A stretch of 32,000 nt of DNA from Prochlorococcus marinus str. NATL2A (GTDB taxonomy: Bacteria; Cyanobacteriota; Cyanobacteriia; PCC-6307; Cyanobiaceae). Shown in pieces: positions 1 through 10,942 of the stretch (position 1 is its first letter; each line of letters opens with the position of its first letter). Below the pieces are notes generated by a model. It had not been told where the DNA came from. It saw only the letters and a program-made list of their open reading frames with translations, and searched no databases. The stretch is taken from contig NC_007335.2 in the NCBI RefSeq assembly GCF_000012465.1, forward strand, positions 660,001-692,000. Direction: 5' to 3'. Made by a program: the position numbers and the translations under genes.

Positions 1-633
1 TAAATGAATTTGGTGAAGACTTATAAGTATGGTCTCAGGGATTTTAATTCTAAGATAATTTTTTTGATTTATAAATAAATTTAAGATATTTTTTGATAAT
101 AGAGGGTCTAAATTTGAGAAAGGTTCGTCTCCAAGCAAGATCTCTGGTTCTTGTCTTAAAAGACGTGCAATTGCTATTCTTTTTTTCTGACCACCAGAAA
201 GTTTATTTACATAGGAATAAATAGTTTTTTTTGGGAGAGAGACCGCTGCTAGGCAGTCTTGGCATAAACCTGTATCTATGACTCCTAGGAGATTTTTTAA
301 AGCCCATATGAAATTGTGTTTACCTAATGCACCGCAGTTTATATTCTGAGCGACATTTAGCTCTTCTATTAAAGATAAATCCTGCCATATAGTTCCTATT
401 TTTGAGTACTCAATATTTGAGATATTGTTAATGTGAAAACCTTTCCATATTACATCTCCTTCGTTCGGGATTAGTGATCCATTCGCGATCGAGATTAATG
501 TACTTTTGCCGGAGCCACTCTTGCCGATAAGCGCTATCTTCTCACCTTGATTTATTGTTAAATTAATATCTTTTACTCTAATGCTTTCTTTACTCCTATG
601 GCTTATATTCTTTAATTCTAGTAACTTAGTCAC
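1..633 (-). CDS. phnC: ABC transporter ATP-binding subunit, phosphonate-type; 3' end runs off the window
   Basis: Own minus-strand translation from GTG at 633..631: VTKLLELKNISHRS...GEKIALIGKSGSGKSTL (Walker A), LSGGQKKRIAIARLL (ABC signature), EILLGDEP (Walker B). The frame stays open to position 1. The GTG overlaps the TGA of the upstream binding-protein gene (GTGA). Confidence 0.8.
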   Translation of the reverse strand, partial: MTKLLELKNISHRSKESIRVKDINLTINQGEKIALIGKSGSGKSTLISIANGSLIPNEGDVIWKGFHINNISNIEYSKIGTIWQDLSLIEELNVAQNINCGALGKHNFIWALKNLLGVIDTGLCQDCLAAVSLPKKTIYSYVNKLSGGQKKRIAIARLLRQEPEILLGDEPFSNLDPLLSKNILNLFINQKNYLRIKIPETILISLHQIHL

Positions 634-1541
634 TTAATCTTTCCAATTGTTCTGCCTACCTTTTCTATTTGATTATAATTCTCGTTTTTTGATATTATAA
701 ATTCCTTTGCGCTAAATAATTCAAGAATTTTTTTTTGTTTTTTTGACTTTTCATTGAAACGTAAAAATACATTTGTAAGGTCTTTCGTAAAACCTTTTTT
801 GAACTTTTTATCTAGGTTTCCTTGAGCAATCCAATGATAATTATGATAAGAAGGAGTCTTCCAAATCACAAAGACTTTTGAGGGATCTACACGTCCACTC
901 TCAAGATTTCTTTTCCATACTTCTTCGCTAAGAGCACCTGCCTCATATGAACCACTTTGCACAAGCATTAATGTTGCATCGTGGCTACCACTAAAGCCTG
1001 GGCTTGCACCTTTGAAATCTTTAAGTTGCAAACCTGCTTTGTTTAAAAAATATTGGGGCATCAATCTTCCTGATGTTGAACTTTCAGAGCCAAAAGTAAA
1101 ACGCTTGTCTTTTAGTGTTTTTAAGTCATTTATGTTATTTATTTTTTGGATTGAACTTTTCTTGTTTGCGATAAAAACACTATGGAATTTTTCATCAATA
1201 TCTCGTTGTGCTATTACCTTGGATCCTTTGCTTTGAAGTCTTGCTTGTACACCCGTTAAAGCACCGAACCATACTAAATCTAAATCTCCGGTCCTAAAAG
1301 CTGTTACAGCTGCAGCATAATTAGTAACTGGTTTATAACGGACCTGAACATTGAGCTGCTCGCTTAATTCAGAGGATAAAACCTTATATAAACGATTGAG
1401 GTGCTCTGGGTTTTGATCTGGTATTGCCCCAATATGAAGGATCTCTTCTGCTTTTAATGAACCAATAGAAAATAAATTAGATACTGATAAAACTGCAATA
1501 GCTATTTTTATAAGTTTTATTCCTCTTATCTTTTGATTCAT
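630..1541 (-). CDS. phnD: Phosphonate/phosphite ABC transporter periplasmic substrate-binding protein (PhnD family)
   Basis: 303 aa ORF with an N-terminal signal-like hydrophobic segment. PhnD-like motifs: LHIGAIPDQNPE, DLVWFG, FTFGSESSTSG. Immediately followed by the ABC ATPase. Confidence 0.8.
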   Translation of the reverse strand: MNQKIRGIKLIKIAIAVLSVSNLFSIGSLKAEEILHIGAIPDQNPEHLNRLYKVLSSELSEQLNVQVRYKPVTNYAAAVTAFRTGDLDLVWFGALTGVQARLQSKGSKVIAQRDIDEKFHSVFIANKKSSIQKINNINDLKTLKDKRFTFGSESSTSGRLMPQYFLNKAGLQLKDFKGASPGFSGSHDATLMLVQSGSYEAGALSEEVWKRNLESGRVDPSKVFVIWKTPSYHNYHWIAQGNLDKKFKKGFTKDLTNVFLRFNEKSKKQKKILELFSAKEFIISKNENYNQIEKVGRTIGKIK

Positions 1542-1546
1542 TCTTT

Positions 1547-2725
1547 TTAAAAATCATTTAATAGTCTTTCTAGCCTATTAACTCCATCTTCGATCATTTT
1601 ATTTGAAGCTGCGTATGAGATTCTTATACATTTGTCATCTCCAAAAGCAATCCCTGGAACTATTGCTAGACCGACCTTTTCTAGTGCCAATTTGCAGAAA
1701 CTTATTGAATCGATCTCCTCTAGATTAATTTCTGGGAAAACATAGAAAGCTCCATTGGGAGGGACAAAAGAAATATGTTTTATTTTTTTTAGTCTTTCTG
1801 TTATTAATAACCTCCTTTTGTTATAAATATTTGCCATTTCATGAACGCAATCTTTTGAGCCTTGAAGTGCTGCAATAGCCCCTTTTTGAGCAAAACTACA
1901 TACATTGCTTGTACTTTGACTTTGTAAAGCAATGGCTTTCTTTATTACCTCGGCGTTTCCTGTTAAGTAGCCAATCCTCCAACCAGTCATTGCCCACGCC
2001 TTGGCAAAACCGTTGACGGTGAAAATTCTATTTTTTAGGTCTGGTGCGATTTTCGCGAAACTGTGATGAACTTGATTTGGAGAAATAAGAAATTCATAAA
2101 TTTCATCACTCATTAATAAAATTCTTGGATGCCTTCTTAAAAAATCGGAAATAGTTTTCATCTCTTGCTCAGTTAAAACACAGCCAGTTGGATTACTTGG
2201 AGAGTTAATAATTAATAACCTTGTTTTTTCGGTTACGTGTTCTTCTAGAGAATTGATATCTATTTTAAATTTATCTTTAGTGGATGATTTAATTTTTATT
2301 GGCTTGGCACCCGCTAAAAGAGTTATCTCTGGATAACTAAGCCAATAAGGAGTTGGGATCAGGACTTCATCTCCGGGATTCAAAACTACTTGAAATAAAT
2401 TGTATATTGCTTGTTTCCCTCCATTAGTTACTAGAACATTGTCTGTTTTTGTTGGAACTTTATTTATATCTGATTGTTTTTGCGCAATGGCTTCTCTTAA
2501 TTCAGGATCTCCAGCTGCAGGCCCGTAACGAGTTTTCCCATCTTTTAATGCTTTTAGAGTTGCATCGACAATAAATTCAGGGGTATCGAAATCAGGTTCC
2601 CCTGCGCTTAAACTACAAATATTTTTACCTTCAGCTTTTAAAGCTTTAGCTTTTGCGCTGATCTCAAGAGTTAGAGAGGGTTTTATGGAGAGAGCTCTTA
2701 TAGATATCTGTGATTTGTCAGTCAT
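1547..2725 (-). CDS. aspC: Class I/II PLP-dependent aminotransferase (aspartate aminotransferase-like)
   Basis: 392 aa ORF with typical AAT motifs: LSAGEPDFDTP, NSPSNPTG, and FAKAWAMTGWRIGY (PLP lysine region). Confidence 0.85.
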   Translation of the reverse strand: MTDKSQISIRALSIKPSLTLEISAKAKALKAEGKNICSLSAGEPDFDTPEFIVDATLKALKDGKTRYGPAAGDPELREAIAQKQSDINKVPTKTDNVLVTNGGKQAIYNLFQVVLNPGDEVLIPTPYWLSYPEITLLAGAKPIKIKSSTKDKFKIDINSLEEHVTEKTRLLIINSPSNPTGCVLTEQEMKTISDFLRRHPRILLMSDEIYEFLISPNQVHHSFAKIAPDLKNRIFTVNGFAKAWAMTGWRIGYLTGNAEVIKKAIALQSQSTSNVCSFAQKGAIAALQGSKDCVHEMANIYNKRRLLITERLKKIKHISFVPPNGAFYVFPEINLEEIDSISFCKLALEKVGLAIVPGIAFGDDKCIRISYAASNKMIEDGVNRLERLLNDF

Positions 2726-2816
2726 CTTCGAAGCATAACTTCAAAATGTTTTTATCAGATTCACTTTTAAAGTGAATTCATCTAATTATAAACTTACTAC
2801 TTAATCAGATACTTGC

Positions 2817-3230
2817 ATGCCTTTGATGAACATAAACTTTGTAATTGCTTCTAAAAACCCTAAAGAATTAACTGAATTTTATGCCAAGATCAATTCTGAC
2901 AAGGTGAATAAAGGTTTTAATGCAACTCATTATTTTATTTCATTAAGTAATCGATCCAAAATACATTTTTATAGACCTAATAAAAACCACGAATGGCAAA
3001 GGAAAGGAAACTCAACCTCATTGTGTTTTCAGCGTGAACCTTGCGAAGACCCATCAAAAATCATAGAGAGCTGGACATCTGAGATATTGAAAATAGGAGG
3101 TAGTGCAATGGGGATTTCAAAATTGGCAAAGTTTGGATGTGAGCAATGGATGCTTGACCCAGAAGGCAATCAATTCTTAATTTTGGTGCCCTATCTTATA
3201 AAAGGATCAGATAAGGAAGCTTTATTTTGA
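2817..3230 (+). CDS. Conserved hypothetical protein, possibly glyoxalase/VOC-fold
   Basis: 137 aa ORF. The pattern of alternating beta-like segments and the C-terminal WMLDPEGNQFLIL resemble VOC-family proteins. By-eye assignment only. Confidence 0.4.
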   Translation: MPLMNINFVIASKNPKELTEFYAKINSDKVNKGFNATHYFISLSNRSKIHFYRPNKNHEWQRKGNSTSLCFQREPCEDPSKIIESWTSEILKIGGSAMGISKLAKFGCEQWMLDPEGNQFLILVPYLIKGSDKEALF

Positions 3231-3790
3231 CCATAAACATCTCCTCTGATAAAAACGTTTCTAAAGTTTCTGATTTAGACAATTCCATAAACAAAATCGT
3301 TGTATCCAGGGGTAACCCTTTTGCTAAGTTAATGATTATTGGAGAAGCTCCAGGAGCAAAAGAGGAGGAGATAGGAGAGCCTTTTGTAGGAAGGTCTGGA
3401 AAATTACTTGATAAATTGCTTCAAAATGCTGGGATTGATATTAACCAAGATGTTTATTTTTGCAACGTGATCAAATGTAGACCGCCCAAAAATAGACGCC
3501 CAACAAAGATTGAAATACAAGAAAATCTTCCTTGGTTGTATCAACAAATAAAACTTGTAAACCCCAGTGTAATAGTCCTAGTTGGAGCAACAGCATTAGA
3601 AGCTATTTTGAAAATTAAGTCTCCTATTAGTATCCTCAGGGGTGAATGGATTGATTGGGAGGGCAAACTTGTAATGCCTGTCTTCCATCCATCTTATTTA
3701 CTTAGGAATCCATCTAAAGAGGAAGGAAAACCAATGAGTCTGACTAAATCTGATTTTTTAAAAATTAAGGAAAAAATTGATTTTTTATAA
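3227..3790 (+). CDS. Uracil-DNA glycosylase, family 4
   Basis: 187 aa ORF with a GEAPG motif (IIGEAPGAKEE), FVGRSGKLL, and the C-terminal HPSYLLRNP motif. The TTG start overlaps the preceding stop (TTGA). Confidence 0.85.
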   Translation: MTINISSDKNVSKVSDLDNSINKIVVSRGNPFAKLMIIGEAPGAKEEEIGEPFVGRSGKLLDKLLQNAGIDINQDVYFCNVIKCRPPKNRRPTKIEIQENLPWLYQQIKLVNPSVIVLVGATALEAILKIKSPISILRGEWIDWEGKLVMPVFHPSYLLRNPSKEEGKPMSLTKSDFLKIKEKIDFL

Positions 3791-3842
3791 TAGCCCTTAA
3801 ATATGTCATTCTTATTTATTAAAGAGGCTCAATTGTTAACCC

Positions 3843-5066
3843 ATGATTGCGACCCTAGAAAAGAATATGGAAGGAAATAATCTCTCTCAGCGATATAGCA
3901 CCAGAATTATTCGTAGAGATACTAGGCCAGTAATGGTCGGTGATATTGGCATCGGTGGAGATAATCCAGTGCGTGTTCAATCAATGATTAATGAAGATAC
4001 GATGGATATCGAGGGTTCAACGGCCGCAATAAGGAGATTGCATGAAGTTGGATGTGAGATTGTCAGATTAACAGTGCCAACTCTTGCAAGTGCAAAAGCT
4101 GTGGGGGAAATCAAGAAACTTCTAGCTAGCACTTATCAACCAGTTCCTCTAGTAGCCGATGTTCATCATAATGGAATGAAAATAGCTTTAGAAGTAGCTA
4201 AGCATGTAGATAAAGTTCGTATCAACCCTGGATTATTCGTTTTTGAAAAACCTGATCCCAATAGAACTGAATTTACTAAAGATGAAATTGATGTAATTAA
4301 AGAGAAGATCATACAAAAATTCAAACCAATTGTTAATACTTTAAAAGAGCAAAATAAGGCACTCAGAATAGGCGTTAACCATGGATCTTTGTCTGAAAGA
4401 ATGTTATTTGCTTATGGAGATACTCCATTTGGCATGGTTGAATCAGCTATGGAATTTATTCGAATATGTCATTCATTAGATTTTCATAATATTGTAATTT
4501 CGATGAAGGCTTCTCGAGCTCCCGTGATGCTTGCAGCTTATAGAATGATGGCTGACACAATGGACAAAGAGGGATTTAATTATCCTCTGCATTTAGGTGT
4601 AACGGAAGCGGGAGACGGGGATTATGGAAGAATTAAAAGTACGGTAGGGATAGGGACATTATTATCCGAAGGTATTGGAGATACCATTAGAGTTTCTTTA
4701 ACAGAGGCGCCCGAAAAAGAAATACCAGTTGCATATTCAATTTTACAAGCGGTTGGTTTGAGAAAAACCATGGTTGAATATATTAGTTGTCCTAGTTGTG
4801 GTAGAACATTATTTAATTTAGAGGAAGTTGTAGCAAGAGTTAGAGACGCTACTCAACATTTAACGGGTTTGGATATTGCTGTAATGGGTTGCATTGTTAA
4901 TGGTCCTGGAGAGATGGCAGATGCTGATTATGGTTATGTAGGAAAAGGTGTTGGTACCATTGCTCTTTATAGGAATAGAGATGAAATTAAGAGGGTACCT
5001 GAGGATGAAGGCGTTCAGGCATTGGTTGATTTAATTAAAGAGGATGGTAAATGGGTAGATCCTTAA
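3843..5066 (+). CDS. ispG: 4-hydroxy-3-methylbut-2-en-1-yl diphosphate synthase (MEP pathway)
   Basis: 407 aa ORF with characteristic IspG/GcpE sequence: [15 protein letters not shown], and the C-terminal cluster cysteines in ISCPSCGRT and [10 protein letters not shown]. Confidence 0.95.
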   Translation: MIATLEKNMEGNNLSQRYSTRIIRRDTRPVMVGDIGIGGDNPVRVQSMINEDTMDIEGSTAAIRRLHEVGCEIVRLTVPTLASAKAVGEIKKLLASTYQPVPLVADVHHNGMKIALEVAKHVDKVRINPGLFVFEKPDPNRTEFTKDEIDVIKEKIIQKFKPIVNTLKEQNKALRIGVNHGSLSERMLFAYGDTPFGMVESAMEFIRICHSLDFHNIVISMKASRAPVMLAAYRMMADTMDKEGFNYPLHLGVTEAGDGDYGRIKSTVGIGTLLSEGIGDTIRVSLTEAPEKEIPVAYSILQAVGLRKTMVEYISCPSCGRTLFNLEEVVARVRDATQHLTGLDIAVMGCIVNGPGEMADADYGYVGKGVGTIALYRNRDEIKRVPEDEGVQALVDLIKEDGKWVDP

Positions 5067-5119
5067 AAATAGAATATATCTTTTTATTGTTTTAGTATTA
5101 GAAAAATTATTTGATAATT

Positions 5120-6424
5120 ATGTTGAAGAGTTTTTTAAAAATATCTTTACTTATAGCTATTTGCCCTTCACCATCTTTCTCTTTCCAGGCTAATTCCTCT
5201 ACTTTGATTACTAACAATCCAAAGGAGATTATTGATCAGGTATGGCAAATTATATATCGCGACTTTTTGGACTATTCAGGGAAATATAAGGCAGAAGATT
5301 GGATTAAATTAAGAAAGGAAATACTATCAACCAAATATTTTGATAATGACGAAGCATACATTGCCATTAAAGATATGTTGACAGAATTAGATGATCCTTA
5401 TACCAGATTTTTAGATCCTAAAGAATTCAATGAAATGAGAATAGATACAACGGGAGAATTGATGGGAGTAGGTATTCAAATTTCTCTAGATGAAGTTACT
5501 AATCAAATTGTTGTTGTATCACCTATAGAGGGAACCCCAGCCTTTCTCGCTGGAATTAAACCGAAGGATATAATTGTATCTATAGATGGTAAGCCTATCG
5601 ATGGTCTGAGCATAGACAGAACTGTTAAACTTATTCGAGGTAAAAAAGGAACGAAGGTTGAACTAGGTATTATTAGAGAAGAGGAGTTATTAAATATCTC
5701 ATTAATACGAGATAGAATTGAAATTAATGTAGTTGATAGTCGTATAAATAATACAGTTTCAGGCGCGAAAATTGGTTATGTAAGGTTAAAACAATTTAAT
5801 GCAAAATCTCCAAAAGAAATGAGTTTATCGATTAATAAATTAGAAAAACAAAAACCTTTTGGTTATGTATTAGACCTTAGAAGTAATCCTGGTGGTTTGC
5901 TTGAGGCAAGTATTGAAATAGCGAGACAATGGATAAATACAGGAATTATTGTTAGTACTAAAACAAAAGATGGTATTACTGATATTCGGAAAGCAAAAAG
6001 TAGAGCCTTAACTAACAGACCAGTTGTGGTTTTAATCGATGAAGGATCTGCGAGTGCTAGTGAGATTCTCTCTGGAGCAATTAAAGATAATAAAAGAGGA
6101 ATATTGGTCGGAAAAAAGACTTTTGGTAAAGGACTGGTTCAATCTGTCAGGTCTCTTTCTGATGGCTCAGGTCTAACTGTTACGGTCGCAAAATATTTAA
6201 CACCAAGTGGTAAAGATATTAATAAAAATGGAATAGCACCAGATATCAGAGCAGATCTTTTGTTAAATGAAAAAAACAAATTAACAAATGCAGATCTAGG
6301 AACTTTAAAAGATAGTCAATATGTTGCAGCTGAAAATATATTAATTAAAAAGTTTAAAATTGAGAGTAAGAAAAATTCTTATAATCCCTTGAAATCAAAT
6401 TTGGGCTATGCCCTGAAAAACTAG
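5120..6424 (+). CDS. ctpA: Carboxyl-terminal processing protease (S41 family, PDZ domain)
   Basis: Signal peptide, a PDZ region (GVGIQI...VVSPIEGTPAFLAGIKPKDIIVSIDG), and an S41 catalytic region (LDLRSNPGG, GSASASEI, TFGKG). The ATG at 5120 is preferred over the upstream in-frame TTG at 5111. Confidence 0.9.
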   Translation: MLKSFLKISLLIAICPSPSFSFQANSSTLITNNPKEIIDQVWQIIYRDFLDYSGKYKAEDWIKLRKEILSTKYFDNDEAYIAIKDMLTELDDPYTRFLDPKEFNEMRIDTTGELMGVGIQISLDEVTNQIVVVSPIEGTPAFLAGIKPKDIIVSIDGKPIDGLSIDRTVKLIRGKKGTKVELGIIREEELLNISLIRDRIEINVVDSRINNTVSGAKIGYVRLKQFNAKSPKEMSLSINKLEKQKPFGYVLDLRSNPGGLLEASIEIARQWINTGIIVSTKTKDGITDIRKAKSRALTNRPVVVLIDEGSASASEILSGAIKDNKRGILVGKKTFGKGLVQSVRSLSDGSGLTVTVAKYLTPSGKDINKNGIAPDIRADLLLNEKNKLTNADLGTLKDSQYVAAENILIKKFKIESKKNSYNPLKSNLGYALKN

Positions 6425-6991
6425 CTAAAACTTGTCAATTCTCCTATATCCATACCAGTCAGGAATAATTTTTTCGCTTCTTTCTTGAACGTCTGGTATC
6501 AGCTTTATTTCCCAATTCTTTATTTTTATAGGATGCAAATCGTCCACCTGTTCAAAATAGTTTATACCTGAGTAATCATCATTATGTTTATTTTTTAAAG
6601 TTGTTTCCCAATTAATTTTAGCTTTTTTCTTTGCCTCAATAGCTTTTTGTGCAACAACTAGTGTGAATTCATGTTCTTCATACATCTTTTTAGGATTGTA
6701 CCCACCTAAATTGACAAACCAAAGTTTTAAGTCTTCTATTTTAGGGGAATTTAAATTAACTTTATTAGATTTAGAAATGATTATTTGATAGCCATCTATA
6801 TATTTAATACACTTATAGCTATCAATATGGAGTCCGCTTTTCTTTCCTAACCATTGTTTCCTAAGCTCAGGGAATGTATCCTCTATTGTTTCACCTAAAA
6901 CCCATCTTACATCATGTATTTCTATATTACTTTTTAAACTTCTTCCCCCTAAAACAACAATAAAAAGAGATAAATTCACACTTGTAATCAA
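6425..6991 (-). CDS. Conserved hypothetical protein (DUF1543-like)
   Basis: 188 aa [42 protein letters not shown]...LHIDSY, plus a second LWFVNLGGY segment, resembles the DUF1543 repeat as I remember it. Confidence 0.5.
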   Translation of the reverse strand: MITSVNLSLFIVVLGGRSLKSNIEIHDVRWVLGETIEDTFPELRKQWLGKKSGLHIDSYKCIKYIDGYQIIISKSNKVNLNSPKIEDLKLWFVNLGGYNPKKMYEEHEFTLVVAQKAIEAKKKAKINWETTLKNKHNDDYSGINYFEQVDDLHPIKIKNWEIKLIPDVQERSEKIIPDWYGYRRIDKF

Positions 6992-7974
6992 TTACTCATG
7001 TCAAGCATTTTTTTCAGTGGCTTATAGGCCATTAATCTGATTTGTTCGTCCATGTGCAACTCTGGATTCATTTCTTTTAGGCAATTTAATACTTTTTCTA
7101 AAGTATTCATTCTCATATATGGGCATTCATTGCAACTACAACCATCTAGACCAGGAACTTCTATGTATGTCTTTAAAGGGTCTTTTAATCTCATTTGATG
7201 AATTATTCCTGGCTCAGTTAGCACGATAAATTTATCTTTTTTACTATTTTGAGAATAATTCAGCAATTTGCTTGTTGAACCAATGAAATCTGCTAAATCT
7301 AAAAGATTCTCTTGACATTCAGGATGGGCAAGAACTTCGGCGGTTGGATTTTTGATTTTTAATTTTATAAGAGATTCTTCATTAAAAGTTTCATGGACAA
7401 GACATCTGCCTGGCCACAAGGTTAATTTTCTACCACTTTGACGTTCAACCCATCTGCCAAGATTCCTATCTGGTGCAAATAAAATAGGTAATTCTTTTGG
7501 TAATTTGTTTACCAGATCAACTGCGTTACTACTTGTACAAATTAGGTCACTTTTTGCCTTTACCGCTGCACTGCAATTTACATAGCTAATGGCAAAATGA
7601 TTAGGATGCTTGTCTAAGAATTTTTGGAAGTCATCAGGTTGGCAATCATCTGCGAGTGTGCATCCAGCATCAAAATCAGGAAGAAGAACAGTCTTATTTG
7701 GACTCAAGATCTTTGCTGTTTCGGCCATAAAATGAACGCCACAAAAAACAATGACGTCTGCATTTGTCTCTGAAGCTTTTCTGGATAATTCAAGTGAATC
7801 TCCAATAAAATCTGCAATATCCTGTATTGCAGGCTCTTGGTAGTAATGGGCAAGAATTATAGCGTTTCTTTTTTTACGCAAAAAATTGATCTCATCAATG
7901 AGATTTTTGCTTTTATTTGAGACTGATATATCAGTCTTGTAATAGGAAACAGTAGTAATTAGTTTCCAATTCAA
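6988..7974 (-). CDS. nadA: Quinolinate synthase A
   Basis: 328 aa ORF with [24 protein letters not shown] and the conserved cysteine regions. The only plausible start is the TTG at 7974..7972. Confidence 0.9.
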   Translation of the reverse strand: MNWKLITTVSYYKTDISVSNKSKNLIDEINFLRKKRNAIILAHYYQEPAIQDIADFIGDSLELSRKASETNADVIVFCGVHFMAETAKILSPNKTVLLPDFDAGCTLADDCQPDDFQKFLDKHPNHFAISYVNCSAAVKAKSDLICTSSNAVDLVNKLPKELPILFAPDRNLGRWVERQSGRKLTLWPGRCLVHETFNEESLIKLKIKNPTAEVLAHPECQENLLDLADFIGSTSKLLNYSQNSKKDKFIVLTEPGIIHQMRLKDPLKTYIEVPGLDGCSCNECPYMRMNTLEKVLNCLKEMNPELHMDEQIRLMAYKPLKKMLDMSN

Positions 7975-8864
7975 TGTGTTGGGGCAGTATAGAGGGTAAT
8001 TTCCAAAAAAATCTGACAGATATCCGAATTGCTATCGCTGGGGATTTACATGGCTCATGGAGTCAGGATGATCTAGATCTGCTTTTAGAACTTAATCCTG
8101 ATGGTGTTTTATTTGTTGGCGACTTGTCCGATGGTGATTTAAGAATTGTTCGAGGGATAAATAAAATTTCTATACCCACTTCTGTAGTACTGGGAAATCA
8201 TGATAGAGGTAGAGACGGATCTGGGAATGTTTTACAAGCCCAGTTGGATTTGTTAGGTGAAAAGAATTGTTCATGGAATTTGTCGAAATGGTCATTAAAG
8301 GAACTTTCTGTCGTTGGAGCCAGACCTTGCAGTGGTGGGGGAGGTTTTTTTTTAACACCAGAAGTTAAGTCTGTGTTCGGGGATGTCAGCCTTGATGAAT
8401 CTGTTTTTAGGATTGTTTCTGCCGCTAAGTCTGCACCATTAGATCTTCCTTTATTAATACTTGCTCATTCTGGACCAGTAGGTCTTGGATCAGAGGCTTC
8501 TAGCCTTTGTGGCAGAGATTGGAAATTGCCCTCAATGGATTGGGGGGATAAAGATCTTGGTATCGCAATTGATCAAATTCGTAAATTTAGAGTTCCAGAA
8601 TTAGTCGTTTTTGGCCACACTCATCATCAATTAAGAATTGGGGGGAATCGAACTAGAAAAACTTTTGCTCAAGATCTATGGGGGACTTCATATCTAAATG
8701 CAGCGTGTGTTCCAAGAAGAGGTATTGATTCTGCAGGTGAGAATTTGTGTCATTTTTCTTGGGTTGAGTTCTCTAATAACAAGCTTGTTCATGTATCCCA
8801 CAGATGGTTTAGGAATGATGCATCAATTGCCTATAAAGAGGTTTTATTAAACCAAGAAAACTAG
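7974..8864 (+). CDS. Calcineurin-like metallophosphoesterase
   Basis: 296 aa ORF with metallophosphoesterase motifs: [22 protein letters not shown], and GHTHH. Confidence 0.8.
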   Translation: MCWGSIEGNFQKNLTDIRIAIAGDLHGSWSQDDLDLLLELNPDGVLFVGDLSDGDLRIVRGINKISIPTSVVLGNHDRGRDGSGNVLQAQLDLLGEKNCSWNLSKWSLKELSVVGARPCSGGGGFFLTPEVKSVFGDVSLDESVFRIVSAAKSAPLDLPLLILAHSGPVGLGSEASSLCGRDWKLPSMDWGDKDLGIAIDQIRKFRVPELVVFGHTHHQLRIGGNRTRKTFAQDLWGTSYLNAACVPRRGIDSAGENLCHFSWVEFSNNKLVHVSHRWFRNDASIAYKEVLLNQEN

Positions 8865-8903
8865 TATTCACTATATTTTTATTTTCTTTATACCCAATTG
8901 TCT

Positions 8904-9707
8904 TTAACTTTGCTTATTTGAATCAGGATCCTTGAATTTTCTTTCTGCAATCAAATATGCACCAATAGCAGAGCCTATAAATCCCAAAATATTTCTCATT
9001 AAAGGCAAAATGTCATTAGTTCTTGTTACCACAGGAGCAATGCCAAAAATTCCAAATAGCATTATCCAAAGTGGAGAAAGGAGCAAAAGCCATCCTATTG
9101 AAAATGATTCATTTTCTTTTCTTGGCGAAGCTGCGAAACCCGCAATAATCCCTCCCAACAAAGAGGTCAATAAAGTCCATTGCCATTGTTCCTGGGGCAA
9201 ACCAGGTACAACTTCACATCCACCACGGTCTAAGCAGGTCTCTACCGCTTGTATTGAAGCTAAGATTGCACCGTCCTCTCCGTTATCTCTTACATAAAAT
9301 TGGTTGCCAAACCTGGTTTGTAATTCCACCCAAAATATTCTGGGCATGAGTGCAAAGTATGCATCTCCCACATTAAAACTGAGTAAATTACCTCCTCTTG
9401 GATCAGCGATTATGAGTAAACTTGTCTCATCAAGATTCCAATAGTCCTTCACTGCTAAACCAGGGGTTTTCTCATATTGCGACAAAACCCTTATTTTCCA
9501 CCCAGTTTCTTGTTCATAAGAATTTAGTGAGTTCTCCAATTCTAATCTTTGTTTCTCACTAAGAGTTTTTGCGAGATCGATTATGGGTGTTTGTTCTTTT
9601 GGTAATAGTTCAGGATTATCGTATGCAAATGCGCTTCCGCCCATTGAAAACATAATTAATAGTCCCAGACAAAAAATTATGGTTCTCTTAAATGATTTCT
9701 TCAGCAT
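8904..9707 (-). CDS. TPM-domain membrane protein (Psb32-like, tentative)
   Basis: 267 aa ORF with an N-terminal signal peptide, a central domain resembling TPM/DUF477 (LSEKQRLELENSL...ETGWKIRVL), and C-terminal hydrophobic segments. Confidence 0.5.
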   Translation of the reverse strand: MLKKSFKRTIIFCLGLLIMFSMGGSAFAYDNPELLPKEQTPIIDLAKTLSEKQRLELENSLNSYEQETGWKIRVLSQYEKTPGLAVKDYWNLDETSLLIIADPRGGNLLSFNVGDAYFALMPRIFWVELQTRFGNQFYVRDNGEDGAILASIQAVETCLDRGGCEVVPGLPQEQWQWTLLTSLLGGIIAGFAASPRKENESFSIGWLLLLSPLWIMLFGIFGIAPVVTRTNDILPLMRNILGFIGSAIGAYLIAERKFKDPDSNKQS

Positions 9708-9739
9708 GTACTTGATTTTCTCTGAAGGTATTCTCCATC

Positions 9740-10942
9740 ATGATTGACCCGACCGCGAGATGTCCTAAATGGTTAATTGATCGCATTGGAGATAGTGGCG
9801 GTTCAATTAGTTTCTACAGATATATGGATTTAGTTTTAAATGATCCAGATAATGGAGTTTATTCAACTGGAAAATTGAATATTGGTAAGAATGGAGACTT
9901 TTGTACTTCTCCATCTTTGAGTAATGATTTTGCACGTTTATTAGCTATTCAAGTGGTTGATTGGCTTCTTGATCTGGAAAAATCAGGAATTGATTCCAAA
10001 TTGTTGTCTCTTGTTGAGATTGGCCCAGGAGAAGGGACTTTATCAAGAGATTTGATAGTGGCTATCGCTGAAATCGCACCTGCTTTAATCTGTAAAGTTG
10101 AGCTTGTATTAGTTGAATTAAATGTAGGGATGAGAAGACGACAAGAAAAAGTAGTTAACAATTTGGAGGGGATAAATTGTCGCTGGAGCAGTATCGAAGA
10201 TCTCATCTTAAGACCAGTGACTGGTGTAGTTATTGCTAATGAAGTTTTGGATGCATTCCCAGTAGAAAGATTGGTTTTTAATGACAATAAAGTTTTTAGG
10301 CAGGGAGTTTCTTTGAAAAAAATAAATGATGAATATTCTTTGGAGTTTGTTGATCTCAAGCCTACTTCGAAGATTATTAAATTTTTGAAAGAATCTAAAA
10401 GCCTTTTAAAAATTGAGTTTCCACCAAAGGATATTTGTAATAGATGGGTCACCGAATGGCATTGTGATGTCCCGAGTTGGTTTGGGAATTTGTCTAAGGT
10501 TTTAATTGATGGCGCATTATTAGTTGTCGACTATGCGATGGAATCGAAGCGCTACTACAACGCAATGAGACAAGACGGTACTCTTATTTCCTATAGAAAT
10601 CATGTGGCAAACCCTAATGTTTTAAAAGATGCTGGCTTGTGTGATTTAACAACACATTTGTGTATCGAATCAACCATTAATTATGCTTTGTTTAACGGAT
10701 GGAAGTTTATGGGGGAAACTAGGCAGGGACAAGCTCTCTTGGCATTAGGACTTTCAACTTTTCTTTATTCTCTTCAAAATAATATTAATAATGATCTCTC
10801 AGCCGCATTAAATCGTAGAGAGTCATTATTGAGGCTAGTTGATCCAATTGGACTAGGGGACTTTAGGTGGTTGGCTTTTCAGAAGGATAATAGTGATGAT
10901 TTGATTTTAGGAAAGCGTTTTCTTGAAGAGCCAATTAGCTAA
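9740..10942 (+). CDS. SAM-dependent methyltransferase, DUF185/MidA (NDUFAF7-like) family
   Basis: 400 aa ORF with FYRYMDLVLNDPDNGVYS, DFCTSPSLS, VEIGPGEGTL, ANEVLDAFPVE and VVDYA, typical of the MidA family. Confidence 0.7.
   Translation: MIDPTARCPKWLIDRIGDSGGSISFYRYMDLVLNDPDNGVYSTGKLNIGKNGDFCTSPSLSNDFARLLAIQVVDWLLDLEKSGIDSKLLSLVEIGPGEGTLSRDLIVAIAEIAPALICKVELVLVELNVGMRRRQEKVVNNLEGINCRWSSIEDLILRPVTGVVIANEVLDAFPVERLVFNDNKVFRQGVSLKKINDEYSLEFVDLKPTSKIIKFLKESKSLLKIEFPPKDICNRWVTEWHCDVPSWFGNLSKVLIDGALLVVDYAMESKRYYNAMRQDGTLISYRNHVANPNVLKDAGLCDLTTHLCIESTINYALFNGWKFMGETRQGQALLALGLSTFLYSLQNNINNDLSAALNRRESLLRLVDPIGLGDFRWLAFQKDNSDDLILGKRFLEEPIS

Noticed and set aside
1012-1236. 74-aa plus-strand ORF inside the phnD-like gene. 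The same class of shadow ORFs occurs at 8170..8358, 8932..9297, 9949..10452, 18904..19158, 28295..28549 and 29993..30214.
   Set aside because: Each lies fully or largely antisense to a longer ORF with clear family motifs. Each has low-complexity or unnatural composition. These are typical shadow ORFs of AT-rich genomes.
2759-2777. 19-bp palindrome ATTCACTTT-T-AAAGTGAAT in the aspC / VOC-like divergent spacer
   Set aside because: Nine-bp arms in AT-rich DNA are expected about once per window by chance. It could be an operator, but there is no supporting evidence.
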